NCBI GenBank assembly: GCA_000004695.1
Contig: CM000152.2
Location: forward strand, 2,816,001-2,880,000
From: Dictyostelium discoideum
Lineage: Eukaryota
Reading direction: 5' to 3'
DNA length: 64,000 nt
The translations under genes were made by a program, and so were the position numbers. A model generated the notes under the pieces. That model did no database searches, was not told the DNA's origin, and saw nothing but the letters and a program-made list of their open reading frames with translations. Below are positions 1 to 14,879 of this stretch, piece by piece (position 1 is the stretch's first letter; every line of letters starts with the position of its first letter).

Positions 1-1
1 T

Positions 2-58
2 AATAATAATAATAATAATGATAATAATAAATTTGAAACATTGGATTCTAGTGATTAA
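2..58 (+). CDS. Possible 3' end of a gene that starts upstream of the window (Asn-rich C-terminus NNNNNNDNNKFETLDSSD, stop TAA 56-58)
   Basis: Open frame from the window edge ending in TAA. Its (AAT)n codons are typical of dictyostelid poly-Asn tails. No start is visible, so this is weak. Confidence 0.2.
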   Translation, partial: NNNNNNDNNKFETLDSSD

Positions 59-139
59 ATTTAGTTTTATAATAATAAAAAATAAATAAAAAAAAAAATG
101 AATAAAAAATAAATTAAATAAAATAAATAAAATAAAAAA

Positions 140-615
140 TTTATTTCTTGTATTAATTGATCGTTATCCCTCAGATTATCTTGAGTACCAAATTTATTTT
201 CGACCAAATCTTAATTTTTACAATGGACAAAATGGATTTTTTTGGGGGTTATTTTTATTTTATTTTTTTTTCGAAAAAAATTGTGGAAAAAAAAAAGTGA
301 GTTGTACCAATTATGAAAATAAAAATCTAATAAGTGGTTCTGGATATTTGGAATTTAGTTTTTTAGTAATAAAAAATAAATAAAAAAAAATAAAAATCAA
401 TATAAATTTATTTCTTGTATTAATTGACCGTTATCCCTCAGATTTTCTTGAGTACCAAATATATTTTCGTCCAAATCTTAATTTTTGTAATGGACAAAAT
501 GGATATTTTGTGGTGGTTGTTTTTTTTTTTTTTTTAATTAAAAAATTATGGAAAAAAAAAAGTGAGTTGTACCAATTCCGAATAAAAATATCTGATCAGT
601 GGTTCAGAAAAAATA
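140..615. repeat. Tandem duplication of a ~270-bp unit (copy 1 ~140-400, copy 2 ~410-615, roughly 90% identical)
   Basis: Direct reading: 'tttatttcttgtattaattga(t/c)cgttatccctcagatt(a/t)tcttgagtaccaaat...ttgtaccaatt' occurs twice, head to tail. Each copy holds a segment less AT-rich than its surroundings. Confidence 0.75.
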
Positions 616-1182
616 AAAAAAAAATTTTATTTTAATTTTTTTATTTTATTTTATTTTTTTAATTTTTTTTTTTATTTTTTATTTTTTATTTTTTATTTTA
701 TTTTATTTTATTTTTATTTTTTTTATTTTATTTGAATAATTATTTATAATTATTTAATTTGTAGAACTTCCTTTTTTTATTTTTTTTATAATAATATAAA
801 AAAAGGGAAAAAAAGAAAAATTATTTTATTATTAAATATCTTAGATATTAAAATTTTATTTTTTATTTTTATACAATTTTGAGAATTATTAATAATAAAA
901 TTTTTATTTTTTTATTATATTCAAGTAATTGAAAAATATCTTTTTATTAAGATTGATTGGTGATCATTATTGTTCAACGCATTCAAAAAAAAAAAAAATA
1001 TTTTGTGTAAAGATATTTTTTTATCTTTTCATTTACCATTGGTTTTTTAATCAGATTTTTATTTCCCAATTTTTTATTTTTTTTTAATTTTTTATTTTGG
1101 TGCAAGTTTTGGCAATTGTTTTTTTTTACTCCAAATTCAAACAGTACTTTTTTTAAAAAAATGATTTTTATTTTTATTTTAA

Positions 1183-1214
<32 letters not shown>

Positions 1215-1296
1215 ATAAATAAATAAATAAAATAAATAAATAAAAAAAAAAAAAAAATATAATTTATTTATTTAAAAATAAATAATAAATTCATAA

Positions 1297-2056
1297 ATGA
1301 AGTTTTTTAAATTGAATTTTTTATTTTATATTTTTTTTATTTTATTATTGGTTGTTAATAATATTCCACAAGTTAATTGTATAGTAAAGAATTTTATTTC
1401 TGTAAATGGTCAATGGGGCACAACATCAAATTGGGCTGATGGAATAATTCCAACAAATGCTGATACTGTTTATATTAGTAATTCAAATAACCAAACTTGT
1501 TTTAGTTCCAATGTTAAAATTGTATCCAATCGTACCATTGTCGGTGATGGTAGTTTAAAAGGAATAGTTTTACAAATTGATAATTATGGTTTCCAATTTC
1601 AAAGATTAAGTATCCAACAAGGTGGAAGAGTATTTTTAGGAATTAAAGGTGACCCAACAACACTTGGTTCTTCATATGATTCTGATGTTGAGATTATTTT
1701 TATTTATGGTGAATTGGATATTAAAGGAACTTTCAAAAAATCATCAAGTGCAAAATATAAAAATACTACAATTCAACTATATCAAGGTTCAGAATTCATT
1801 ATTGATAATAGCCAATTTGAAAGTTATTTAATTAATTCAATTCAAACTTCAACAATATCATTCCAAACTGGAACAAAAGCAACAATGTATGGTCTTATTG
1901 CTGATGCTGGAACTTTTGTTGGTGTTGGTAATAGTAGTATCATCATTAAAGATAATCCAGTTGGTAGAAGTACATTCTTTAATAGTTCAGCTCAACTTTC
2001 TGTTAGAAATTCATCATTTGAATGTCATGATATTTCAAATATAGCTGTAAATATTC

Positions 2057-2115
<59 letters not shown>

Positions 2116-2169
2116 TATTATTATTATTATTTATTATTATTATATTTATTATTATTTTACTTAAGTAAA

Positions 2170-2242
<73 letters not shown>

Positions 2243-4496
2243 AAAAAAAAGGGAGATTCTGAATTTTTCTTTTCTAAAAAATCAAATGTATCATTTATAG
2301 ATGATTCAAATGATTCATTTAATGAAATTGGATTATATGTTGATAGTTCATCAATTTTTATTCAAGATCATACAAATTTTTATTGTGAAAAATTTATTGG
2401 TAATTTTGATAGTTATATTCAATTTGAGAATGGTTCAGTTGGTTTTATTAACAATGATTACTATTTAAATGGTGAATCAATTTTAGTAGTAAAACAATCA
2501 ACACTTACTCTAAACCATACATTAAAAGCAAGTGATGATTCTTGGGTTTATGTTTTACAAGGATCAGTTGTTAATATTAAGAATAATGTTTTAATTAGCA
2601 AAAATGGTTTGATTAGTGGATATCAATCTAAATTTGAAATCACTGGAAAGGAATCAACTGAAAAATTATATTTCCTATTAGAAGATCAAGGTCAATTATA
2701 TTTCTATGATCAATCAACTGTAATTTTAGAATCAAATTTACAAGCAGCAGGAAATTCAGTTGTTGCTTTCAATCATACATATACTAATTTCAATTCAAAT
2801 ATAACCTTTTTTGATACATCATCATTAATTGGTAGAAATTTTAGTACTATTGCATTAGATAATAATTTAGTTATGGTAGATAACTCAAGTATGTATTTGG
2901 AAAATTCTGATCTTACAATTAGTGGTTCAATTGTTTTCAATGATAATGCATTCCTTACAATGAGACAATCATCATGTAAAGTTAATGGATTTTTCTCTGA
3001 TTATACTTCACCAATTAAAAAATATTATCTTGCAATTATAAATTCACAATTTAATATTGATGGTTTTTTCTTTAGTGTAAGTTTTATTTTTATTTTAATT
3101 ATTTATAAAAAAAAAAATAATAATAATTAATTAAATTTTTATTTTTTTATTTTTATTTTTATTTTTAAAGTCTGGTAATATTTTAATTTCAAGTTCAACA
3201 TTAGAATGTAATAATGAATTTAAAATTGTTGGAGGTTTAAGAACTGATAATGGATCACATATTATTGTTTCAAATGGTAATTTTTCAATTGATGGTCGTA
3301 TTAGAATTAATGATACTACAATTGAATTAAAGAATGGTATTTTAGAATTTAGTGAATCATCAAATTCAATTCTTTTTAATTCAACAATTATTTTAGATAG
3401 AGGTGATATGAAAATTAAAGTTGGATCAACATTAGAACTTTTAAATACTAAATTGATAAATAAAAATGCCAATATGAATATCAATGGTAATATTTATATT
3501 AATACCAATAGTAGTATGACAAATGGTGCCAACTTTAAATTAAATTCAAATATTCTTCCATTGAATAATTCTGGTACTGAAGAGTTTGATAATCAAGGTT
3601 ACTTTGATATTGTAAAGGGTGCAAATGAATCAATTATTATGGTTCCAGTTAGAAATAGTGGTACAATTAATGTTGGTAGAGAAACTACAATTATTTCATT
3701 CACTTCAACCAATGGTACTATAATTGTTAATCCAAATGCAACTCTTCATTCAAATAACACTTTTATAATTTCAAATAGTAGTGTACAAGGTAGTGGTGTA
3801 ATTAATTCATCAATTTCATCAAATGGTGGATCAAGTTATGGTAACGATACAATCACAAACTTGGATATTAATGGTAATTTAGAATCAAATGAAGATGAAT
3901 TTATATTTACATTGGATGGTAAAAACTCTACAACTATTAATATTGGTAATAATGCAACCATTACAAATGCTACTTTAATCATTAGAGTTAGTAATGATAT
4001 TGTAAATTCAACCCAAAATACAACATTGGTAACAAGTTCAAATTTGGATGCAACCTTTTCAAAAATTGTTTTTCAATCATATGATCCAGAAACTGGAATT
4101 CAAAAACAATTGGATGATTGTGCTCATAAAATTAAAAATGATAAAGGTACTCTTGGATTATTATTAAATTCAAATGCTAAACAATGTGTAATAGTTTCCA
4201 CTACAAGTAGTGGTACAGGTGGTGGCACAGGTGGTGGTACAGGTGGTAGTACAGGTGGTGGTACAAGTGGTAGTACAGGTGGAGGTACAGGTGGTACAGG
4301 TGGAGGTACAGGCCAAACTGTTGTGGTTGTTGAAGAAGATCAAAAGAGCTCATTAAGTGCTGGTGCAATTGCTGGTATTATTGTAGGTATCGTTTGTGTT
4401 GCTGGTATTGTTGGTGTAATTATTCATTTCAGAAATAAATTACCATCTGCTCAAAGATTAACTTTCAAATTAAAGAATCTTAGTGATAAACCTTAA
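1297..4496 (+). CDS. Three-exon gene (~1297-2046, ~2252-3076, ~3171-4496) for a ~960-aa secreted/type I membrane glycoprotein with right-handed beta-helix-like repeats
   Basis: The start encodes a signal peptide (MKFFKLNFLFYIFFILLLVVNN). Exon 1 ends at a GTAAAT donor. Intron 1 carries (ATT)n followed by about T70. Exon 2 begins after AG at 2250-51 and ends at a GTAAGT donor at 3077. Exon 3 begins after AG at 3169-70 and is in frame with ORF 3408-4496. The protein has many N-x-S/T sites and repetitive beta-strand-like segments, then a (GTGGG)n-type Gly/Thr tract at ~4200-4320, then a TM helix (IAGIIVGIVCVAGIVGVIIHF) and a short tail. Confidence 0.6.
2053..2240. repeat. Intronic microsatellite: (ATT)~30 followed by a ~70-nt T homopolymer
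   Basis: Direct reading of intron 1 of the gene at 1297-4496. Confidence 0.9.
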
Positions 4497-4884
4497 AAAT
4501 TTTAAGATTCTAATTATTTATTTAAAAAAAAAAAAAAAAAAAAAAAAAATTAAATTAAATAAAAAACTAATTGTAATTATATCACCATAATTATTTTTCA
4601 CTCCCATAATTTGTAATATTTAATTTTTACTATTTTAATATTAGTAAAAGATTAAAATTTTTTACAATACTAAAAAAAACAAATCGGGTTAAAATTTTAT
4701 TTTTAGAATAAAAAAAAAAAAAAAAAAAAAAATTAATATTAAAACTAAAATTAAAAAAAAAAAAAATAATTAGAGCTTACTATGAAAACTAAAAAAAACT
4801 ATAAATGATGTAACTATGGATTTAAAATTATTAAATCTTTTTTTTTTTTAAAAAAAAAAATGATTAACTAAATTTTAAACATAT

Positions 4885-4922
<38 letters not shown>

Positions 4923-4923
<1 letters not shown>

Positions 4924-5597
4924 TGGAAGTTTTAAATAATTGGTTATCAAATAAATGTTCATTAAAAGATATAAATAAATACTTTTTTGGTATTAGAGAT
5001 AAAAACAATAATTTAAATTATAAATTAATGGAAAGAGAATATGAATATTTAAGTTTTAAATATAATGGTATAATTCCAAAAGAAATTTTAGAAAAATGTA
5101 GTGATAGAATTGGTATACCAATGGATTATTTATTAAATAGAGGATTATGTGAAACTGCATTTTTTCATTTAAAATTAAAAAATGATAAAAAAATGGCAAA
5201 AAGGTATTTTAGAGTAGCAATAAAATTCAATTCAGCCGAAGCATCATTTGGTATGTCTTTATTGTATTGTGAAGAAAATAATATCGAAAAAGCAATAAAG
5301 TATGGTGAAAAATCAGCACTTGAACCACCAATGATTAAATTAATAAATCAAGATAAACTTTATCCAAACTATAGAGTTCATGAAGCTCAATATCAAACTG
5401 GTCATTTATATGCAAAATTCAAAAAAGATTTTACAAAATGTTTTTGTTTTTATTTATTATCAGCAGAAAGTGGTAATATTAGAGGAAATTATTTAATTAG
5501 TTGTATGTATAAAAAAGGTGTTGGTTGTGAAAAAAATGAAGAATTTAGTAAAAAATATTTATTAAAAGCAACTTCTTTAGTTAAATGTAAATGTTAA
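4923..5597 (+). CDS. 224-aa Sel1-like (TPR-family) repeat protein, single exon
   Basis: Intact ORF. It contains repeated units such as AEASFGMSLLYCEENNIEKAIKY, GHLYAKFKKDFTKCFCFYLLSAESG and GNYLISCMYKKGVGCEKNEEFSKKYLLKA. These match the Sel1 pattern (G..Y..G.G...D...A..W..KAA). Confidence 0.5.
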
Positions 5598-5633
5598 AAA
5601 TAAAATAAAATAAAATTAAAAACCTTTTTTTTT

Positions 5634-7688
<2,055 letters not shown>

Positions 7689-7692
7689 TTGG

Positions 7693-7726
<34 letters not shown>

Positions 7727-8516
7727 AAATTAAATAAAAATAAATAAAAACAAAGTTTTTTTTTAAAAAAAAAAAAAAAGCTTTTTGCGGATATTATTTT
7801 TCTTTTATTTTTTAACAAATATTATTTTTTTTTTTATTTTTTATGAAATTTCATAAATATAAAAATGTCAAATGTATTATTCTTTTCATATTTTCTAAAA
7901 ATAAATAATTTATACTTTAATTTTAATACTAAAAATTAATAATAAATAATTATTTTAAAAAAAAAAAAAAAAAAATAAAAACAAAAAAAGAAAGAAGAAG
8001 AAAAAGAAAAAGAAAGATTTAGTGAAGAATACATTGAAAACGCAAAAACTCAAATTAATAAATTATTTTTTGATAGAATTGGTGGATTAATTGGATTCTC
8101 TGATCAAGATAACAATCAAGATATAAATCATAAAAATACATTAAATTTAAACTATCAAGAACGTGAAGAAGAAGATGATGATGAAGAAGAAACAACTCAA
8201 ACTGTAAATGTATATTCAACTATTGGTATTAATAATAATAATAACATCAATAAAACCTTTAAAATAAATGATAACGAAACCATTATAATTAATAATAATA
8301 ATAATGATAATGATAATAATAATAAAGAGAAAGAAGATAATGATGAAAAAGAATATCAAAGAATTAAATCTGAATATATTAAAATTTCAAAAAGATATTT
8401 TGAATTAAAAGAAAAAAGAATAATTAAAAAAAGGAATAAAGAATAAAAAAAATAAAAAAACTATTATTATTATTTGTTAAAGTATTATTTTATTTTTTAT
8501 TTTATTTTATTTTATT

Positions 8517-10676
8517 TTAATTATAAACTGCTTTTTGATAAACTAAATTATCAATGATTGAAGTAAAATATTCTTCAGTTTTTAAAGGTTTTGGATCAGA
8601 AGTATTATTTAAATAAATTTCTTTATGATTTCTAATCATTGTATTAATTAATTCAAAAGTTGAATCTTCAACAGGATATTTACCAGCAAAAGTTGCTAAA
8701 TATTTCATTTCCAATATGAAATGTTGTAAACCACCATAACCGAAAACCAAATTTGAAGTAGATTCGAATCTATTTGAAATGATATTAACGATTTCAGAGA
8801 TGATTCTAGAGGCAATTGGTAAAACACTTTCAACATTGACATTGGTTTGAATTGATTCAGCCAATCTATCCAAAGCTTCTGATAAAACAATAAAATTCTT
8901 TGGAAATGGGTCCAACTCTTCCTCGACTTGATATTCTTGTTCTTCCCAATTCATACTATTATCCACCAATTCCAATGCTTTTCTAGTTGAATATTGGTCT
9001 CTAATTGACTCGAAATAACTATACAACAATGACGATAACTGAGTTAGGTTATTTAATTTCTCACCTGTTGCATCTTCGAATCTAGTTGCAATTCTTGATA
9101 CTAAATCATCGACAATATAAACTGAATCACTAATGATCGCCAAACATTGAGTATCTGATAAATATTCTTTTTGAATTTCATTTTTTAAATAACTCATATA
9201 ATCTTTGAAAATACTACCAAGTGATTGAGAAATCACTGGTATCAAATCAATTGTAATAATTTGACAAATATCAATTGCAAACTTTTGAATTATTGTATTT
9301 AAAAATATAGTACTTGATGTTAATTTTAATCTACCTTGATCAATATCTTCCATATTATTTAAATTATCTTGATGCATTTGTTGAAATGTTAATCCAATTT
9401 TTTTATTACCACCACCACTATTAAAATTATTATTAATTATTGGTGATTGATAATTATTATTATTATTACTATTATTATTACTAATACCACTACCACCACT
9501 ATTTGGAGTACCACTATTTTTTAATGATGATGGTAATGAATTTAATTGTGATTTTACTTCATAATCCCAATTTGAAACACCATTCCATTTTTCATCCATT
9601 AATTGATGTAACATACTATCTCTAATCTTTATTTCATAATTTACAATTAATTGTTCAACATGTGGTTGTAATAATAAATTCCAATAAAATCCAATTGATA
9701 AACCAGTTTGATCCATCTATATTTATTAAAATAAAATAAAATAAAATAAAGGTTAATAAATTATTTATTTATATATATATATGTAAATTGTTGTTCTTTT
9801 TTTTTTTTTTTGTTTTTTTAATATTACCATTTCACAATGTGATTCAATAATTCTAATTGCTTGAGAAATTGAATAAAAATTATCTAAAATAAAAACTTGT
9901 CTATTAAAAATATCAGAAATTAATACTAATTCTTCAATGATCCAAGAAACTAAACCAGAATTCATATAAGAAGGAAATGAATTTGTGAAATCATTACAAG
10001 TTGAATTGATTGAATTAAAGATAACTCTAGCCAATTCACCAATGAATCTATTTAAATCACCACTAAAAACAATCTTTTTAATAGCTTGATTAATTGAATG
10101 ACTTCTACTCTCTAAAAATATTGATTTCGCTTTATCATTTTGTGATAATCTAACTAGTAACGAAATTGTATCTTTAATTTGATTAGCTTTTAATAATGGG
10201 CTTCTTAATTCATTCATTAATTTATCTGTTAATATTTTAACTTTATTCTCAATTTGATCTTTTAATGGATGTGTTTGCATTACAATTTCAACTTTTGGAT
10301 TTGATTCATAAATTTTATTAACTTTTTTTAAAAAAAATAAAAATAAAAAATAAAAAAAAAGTATTAATAAATTAAATTTATAATTTATTATTATTATTAT
10401 TATAATAATAGAATATTATAATTATACTTTTTTCAACTAAACCAACAGCAACTTCAAATTCTCTTTGTTCAATTGAAACTGATAATTCATTTGGAGCAGT
10501 AGTTAACCATTGAATTGGTTCAGTTGCAGGTGATAATGGTTCGAAATCAATTTTACCACTTTTTTTAACTTTATAATGATCCCAACTAATTGATATATTT
10601 TGTAATGATGACATAACATTACCATAATCTGATATTAAATTTCTAAAATCTAACATATCAACTTCAGAATCTAAAA

Positions 10677-10711
<35 letters not shown>

Positions 10712-11436
10712 AAAAATAAATAAACAAATAAATAAATAAATAAATAAATAAATAAAAAATAAATATTAATAAATTTAAAGAGAGAGAAGAAAAAAAAAAA
10801 GTTTTTTTAAAACTTACTTGCAATTTCTTTTGAAGCACCAATAAATATTAAATGATTTTTATATACATCCTTTTTTAAATGATCAATACATCCTAATTTT
10901 CGATTTTCTAAATATTGTAAATGAACAGTTGCTTGTTGATCAGTTTTATGTGTAAATAAATCATTAACATCTATATATATATATATATATATATACAATT
11001 ATTATTTTGATATTAGTATATGATGAATGAATGAATGAATGAATTAATAAATGAATGAATGAATGAATGAATGATTACATTTTTCAGAATTAAAATTTGA
11101 AGATAAAAAAGTTTCATATTGTACTGGATTATCTTCTTTTTTATTTTGTTCAGTTTCTTTTTTATTTGGAAATTCACCCCAACGATAAACAGTTTTCTTT
11201 TTATCGGTATGTGTGCATGTTACAGTTTGTTCTTTTAGATCGATTGAAATTTTAATTGAAGTTTTTTGTGTCGTCATTAAATTTAATGGTCCTACCCATT
11301 CTCTATACATAAATTTTACAATATAATGTCCATTAGATTTGATATCAACACATTCTATATCATTATAATTTACTGATGATGATACTGTTGATAAATTTGT
11401 ATCGATTTTTAATGGATATGTTACACCTTTTTTCAT
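8517..11436 (-). CDS. Five-exon gene (~11436-11079, ~10970-10818, ~10670-10429, ~10321-9828, 9716-8517) for a ~830-aa protein resembling exocyst subunit Exo84 (PH-like N-terminal part plus helical-bundle C-terminal part)
   Basis: The exons join in frame through GTAATC, GTAAGT, GTATAA and GTAATA donors and AG acceptors. The introns hold (ATGA)n, (TA)n and (AAATAAAT)n repeats. Exon 1 has a PH-domain-like sequence. Motifs '[13 protein letters not shown]' and '[30 protein letters not shown]' resemble the region after the PH domain in Exo84. The C-terminal 399-aa exon is alpha-helical. The family assignment comes from remembered motifs, not from a search. Confidence 0.45.
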
Positions 11437-11620
11437 TTTTATATTAAAAATAAACTATACCGCTATATATCTCTCTCTCCTTTATCTATCTATCTATCTA
11501 TATTATTCTTATTCTTATTTACACCTGTCTACAATTTAATTTTTTGAAAAAAAAAAAAAAAAAAAAAAAAAACAATAAATTAAAATTTTATGCTGGTGGA
11601 AAAAAAAAAAAAAATTATGG

Positions 11621-11678
<58 letters not shown>

Positions 11679-11798
11679 CTTTTCTAATCAAAAACTTTAT
11701 TAATAATTTAGAATTTAATTATTTATCATTCATTTTTTATAATTGTTTTTTTTATAAATTTAATTTTTATTTGATTTAATTTTTTTTTTTTTTTTTTT

Positions 11799-11879
11799 TT
11801 ATATATTATAATTTAAAGTTTGTTCAGTTTGATAAACTTGTACTTGATTATTATTATTATTATAATTATTATTATTATA

Positions 11880-11920
<41 letters not shown>

Positions 11921-12197
11921 TACTATTATTACTATTATTATTATTATTACTATTATTATAGTTATTATTAAAATTATTTTCAATAATAGAATTATTATTA
12001 TTGTATGCCATATTATTTAATATTGTAAAATATGGTGCAATTGCATTTGGTGAAGTTGGTACTAAAATCCATTGATGTGTATTATTAGTGAAATTTGTTA
12101 AAATTGGTGATCCTTTTGGTGCTTTTGGATATATAATTAAAATCTATTATTTTTTTTAAAAATAAATAATAAAAAATAGAAATAATAAAAAATAATT

Positions 12198-12239
<42 letters not shown>

Positions 12240-12704
12240 ATAATAATAATTTAATAATTAAACATACATTAATTAATGGTGAAGAATCATTATTAAAATC
12301 ATCAGAATTTTCAAAACAATAAGAAATTGTTATACCTCTTGAATTATAAATACTTGAATATTTATGAACCATAATATTTAAATCATTATATAGATGAGTA
12401 TAATAATGAGATCTTTTCTTTGAATATAAAATAGCAGCAGGTATAATTAAAATGAATCCAATTAAAGCAATTAATAAAATGGTACTAACCAATAAGAATA
12501 TTAATTGTTTTTTAATATCAATCTTTCTAACTAATACAGTATTAAATTCTCTAATCATTGATTGATATTCACTCTCTAACATGAAATTATATAAATCTTT
12601 ATCATAATTTGTATCTTTAAAACCATAAAAATTATCATCTTTTAATCCATTTGTTTTTCTTTCACTATTATTATAATTTATTTTTGTTTTACAATAATTT
12701 ATAA

Positions 12705-12735
<31 letters not shown>

Positions 12736-13409
12736 GTTTAAAATTGGAGTTTTATCATTAATTTTATTCGATTTTTTTGATTTATTAAATTTATTTGATT
12801 GTGATGATGATAAATAAAGTTGATCAAAATTTATTAAATCCAATGGTGCTGGTGGTAATACTAAAATATTTCTACCTTCTGGTGAAACTATAAAATCACC
12901 AACAATTTCTTTTTTTGGTTGTTCATCTTGATAACTAATTATTAATTCTAACTTTTGCATTTTTCTAATTTTACTTGTAAATTTAAATGAAAATGTAACA
13001 TTTCTACATTTTATTAATTCATTAATTTGTTTTAAACAATTATCAAAATCTCTTTCAAACTAAAATTTTTTTTTTTTTTTTTTAAAAAAATAAAAGGTAT
13101 GTTAATTATTTTTATTTTTATTTTAAAAAAAAAAAAAAAAAAACATACTCTATTTTTATAAAGTGATGAACGAAAAAGTTCAAAAATTAATGCAATTAAA
13201 AAAGGTAATAAACCAAAAATTGCAAAGATAATCATATAAAGAATATAACTTTTATAATCTCTTTGAGTTTTTAAATTTATATAATCAATTATTTGTGTGT
13301 ATTCTATAATTGGTAATGAAGAATATAACTCTTCTGGGTATGATTTATCAAAACCTGAAAAGTTATGACCAATACTATGTTTTGGTAAAATTTTAATTTG
13401 TCTAACCAT
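11799..13409 (-). CDS. Three-exon gene (~13409-13149, ~13062-12266, ~12151-11799) for a hypothetical membrane protein with two TM helices and poly-Asn tails
   Basis: Exon 1 ends 'YKNR' followed by GTATGT. Exon 2 starts after TTTTAG with 'FERDFDNCLKQ' and ends 'SPLIN' followed by GTATGT. Intron 2 holds an A30 run. Exon 3 starts after AATAG, is in frame with ORF 11799-12011 and ends with (AAT)n. The TM segments are IILYMIIFAIFGLLPFLIALIFELF and LIFLLVSTILLIALIGFILIIPAAILY. Confidence 0.45.
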
Positions 13410-13764
13410 GGCCTTATTTTTTTATTGTTAAAAATAAAATGAATTATTATTATTGTTTTTATTTTGTTGGGTGGTATTGTTTAAAAAAAAAGATATTTTC
13501 GAAATCTTGCGGGTTTTTGTATTTTTTTTTTTTTTTTTTTTTATTTTTTTTTTTTTTTTTTTTTTTTAGAATGAATTTTTAAGATATGTTAATTATTATT
13601 TTATCACCCATATTTTCAATTCCCAAACACCTAAAAAAAATAAAAAAATAAAATATCTTTTTATAATAATAATATTAAAAAAAAAAAAAAAAACTCTTTT
13701 TATAATAATTCTAATTATTATTTTTATTTTTATTAATTTTATTTTTATTTTTATTTTTTTTTAT

Positions 13765-14413
13765 TTATACATCTTTATATTCATTAATTGTATGTCTACT
13801 TCTTGAGAATTGATTATTTATAAATAACCAATCAGTTAATTTATTTTGAGTATCATTTAAGTAAATATATGGAACAATTAATGGGGTTGGATTATTTGCA
13901 AATAATAAAACTGTAATATAATGATAGCCTTTTTTAACTGGACATTCAGTTGATTCACTAACCATAATTTGAGAAACTTTATCAAAATCAAAATTTGTAT
14001 TTAATTCCATTCTATTTAAAATTACACCATTTTCTTCTTTAATTATACCTGCATTCTTTACATCAACTGGAATTGATTTTGATCCCATTCTATTTATACG
14101 TCTCTATAATGTTTATTATAATTTTTTATTTTTTATTTATTAGTTTTTAAACAAGAAATAATAAAAAATATTTTTATTTTTATTTTTATTTTTAAGTATT
14201 AAAAAAAGAAAAGAAAAAAAAAAAAATTACTTTTTCTTTATTTAATTGATCTTTCATCCAAACTACAACATTTCTTTCAATTACATCATCAAATTCACCA
14301 CCATTCTTTTTATCAGATACAATTTCACCTAATGAGCTTGGTGTATTTTGGTTGGTTTCCTCAATTTGTGTCTCTGTATTAGTTGTTGTGGTGGTATTTA
14401 ATTGTTCTGACAT
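13765..14413 (-). CDS. Two-exon gene (~14413-14231, ~14117-13765) for a ~170-aa globular hypothetical protein
   Basis: Exon 1 is 'MSEQLNTTTTT...WMKDQLNKEK' followed by GTAATT. The acceptor TTATAG then gives 'RRINRMGSKSIPVDV...' in frame. Exon 2 has normal complexity, is not microsatellite-derived and is AT-poorer than its flanks. Confidence 0.45.
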
Positions 14414-14505
14414 TGTTGAGATTTTTTAAATTAAAAAAAAAAAAAAAAATGAAAATATAAAAAAAAAAACGAACGACAATTTTTTCTTTTTTTTTATTTT
14501 TTATA

Positions 14506-14538
<33 letters not shown>

Positions 14539-14879
14539 TTTTTTTTATTATGATCAAATATCTATTTGAAAAAATTAATTCTTTAATTTTAGTTTTTGAA
14601 AATGCATTATTTAAAATAACAATTTAATACAGTTTTTAGTTATGTGTCTTTTTTTTATATAAAATATATTCCCTACTCTCTTTGTTCAAAATAAAAAAAT
14701 AATTAAAAATAAATAATAAAATTATAAAAATAAAATTTTTGATTTAAAAAAAAAAATTCAAAAAACATGATGATTGCATTCATTTTTTTTATTTTTTATA
14801 TCATTTTTGAGTTCTCTATTTATCTATACTAAATTCATATTATCCTTATTTTAAAAATTAATAATAAAAAAATAATCAC

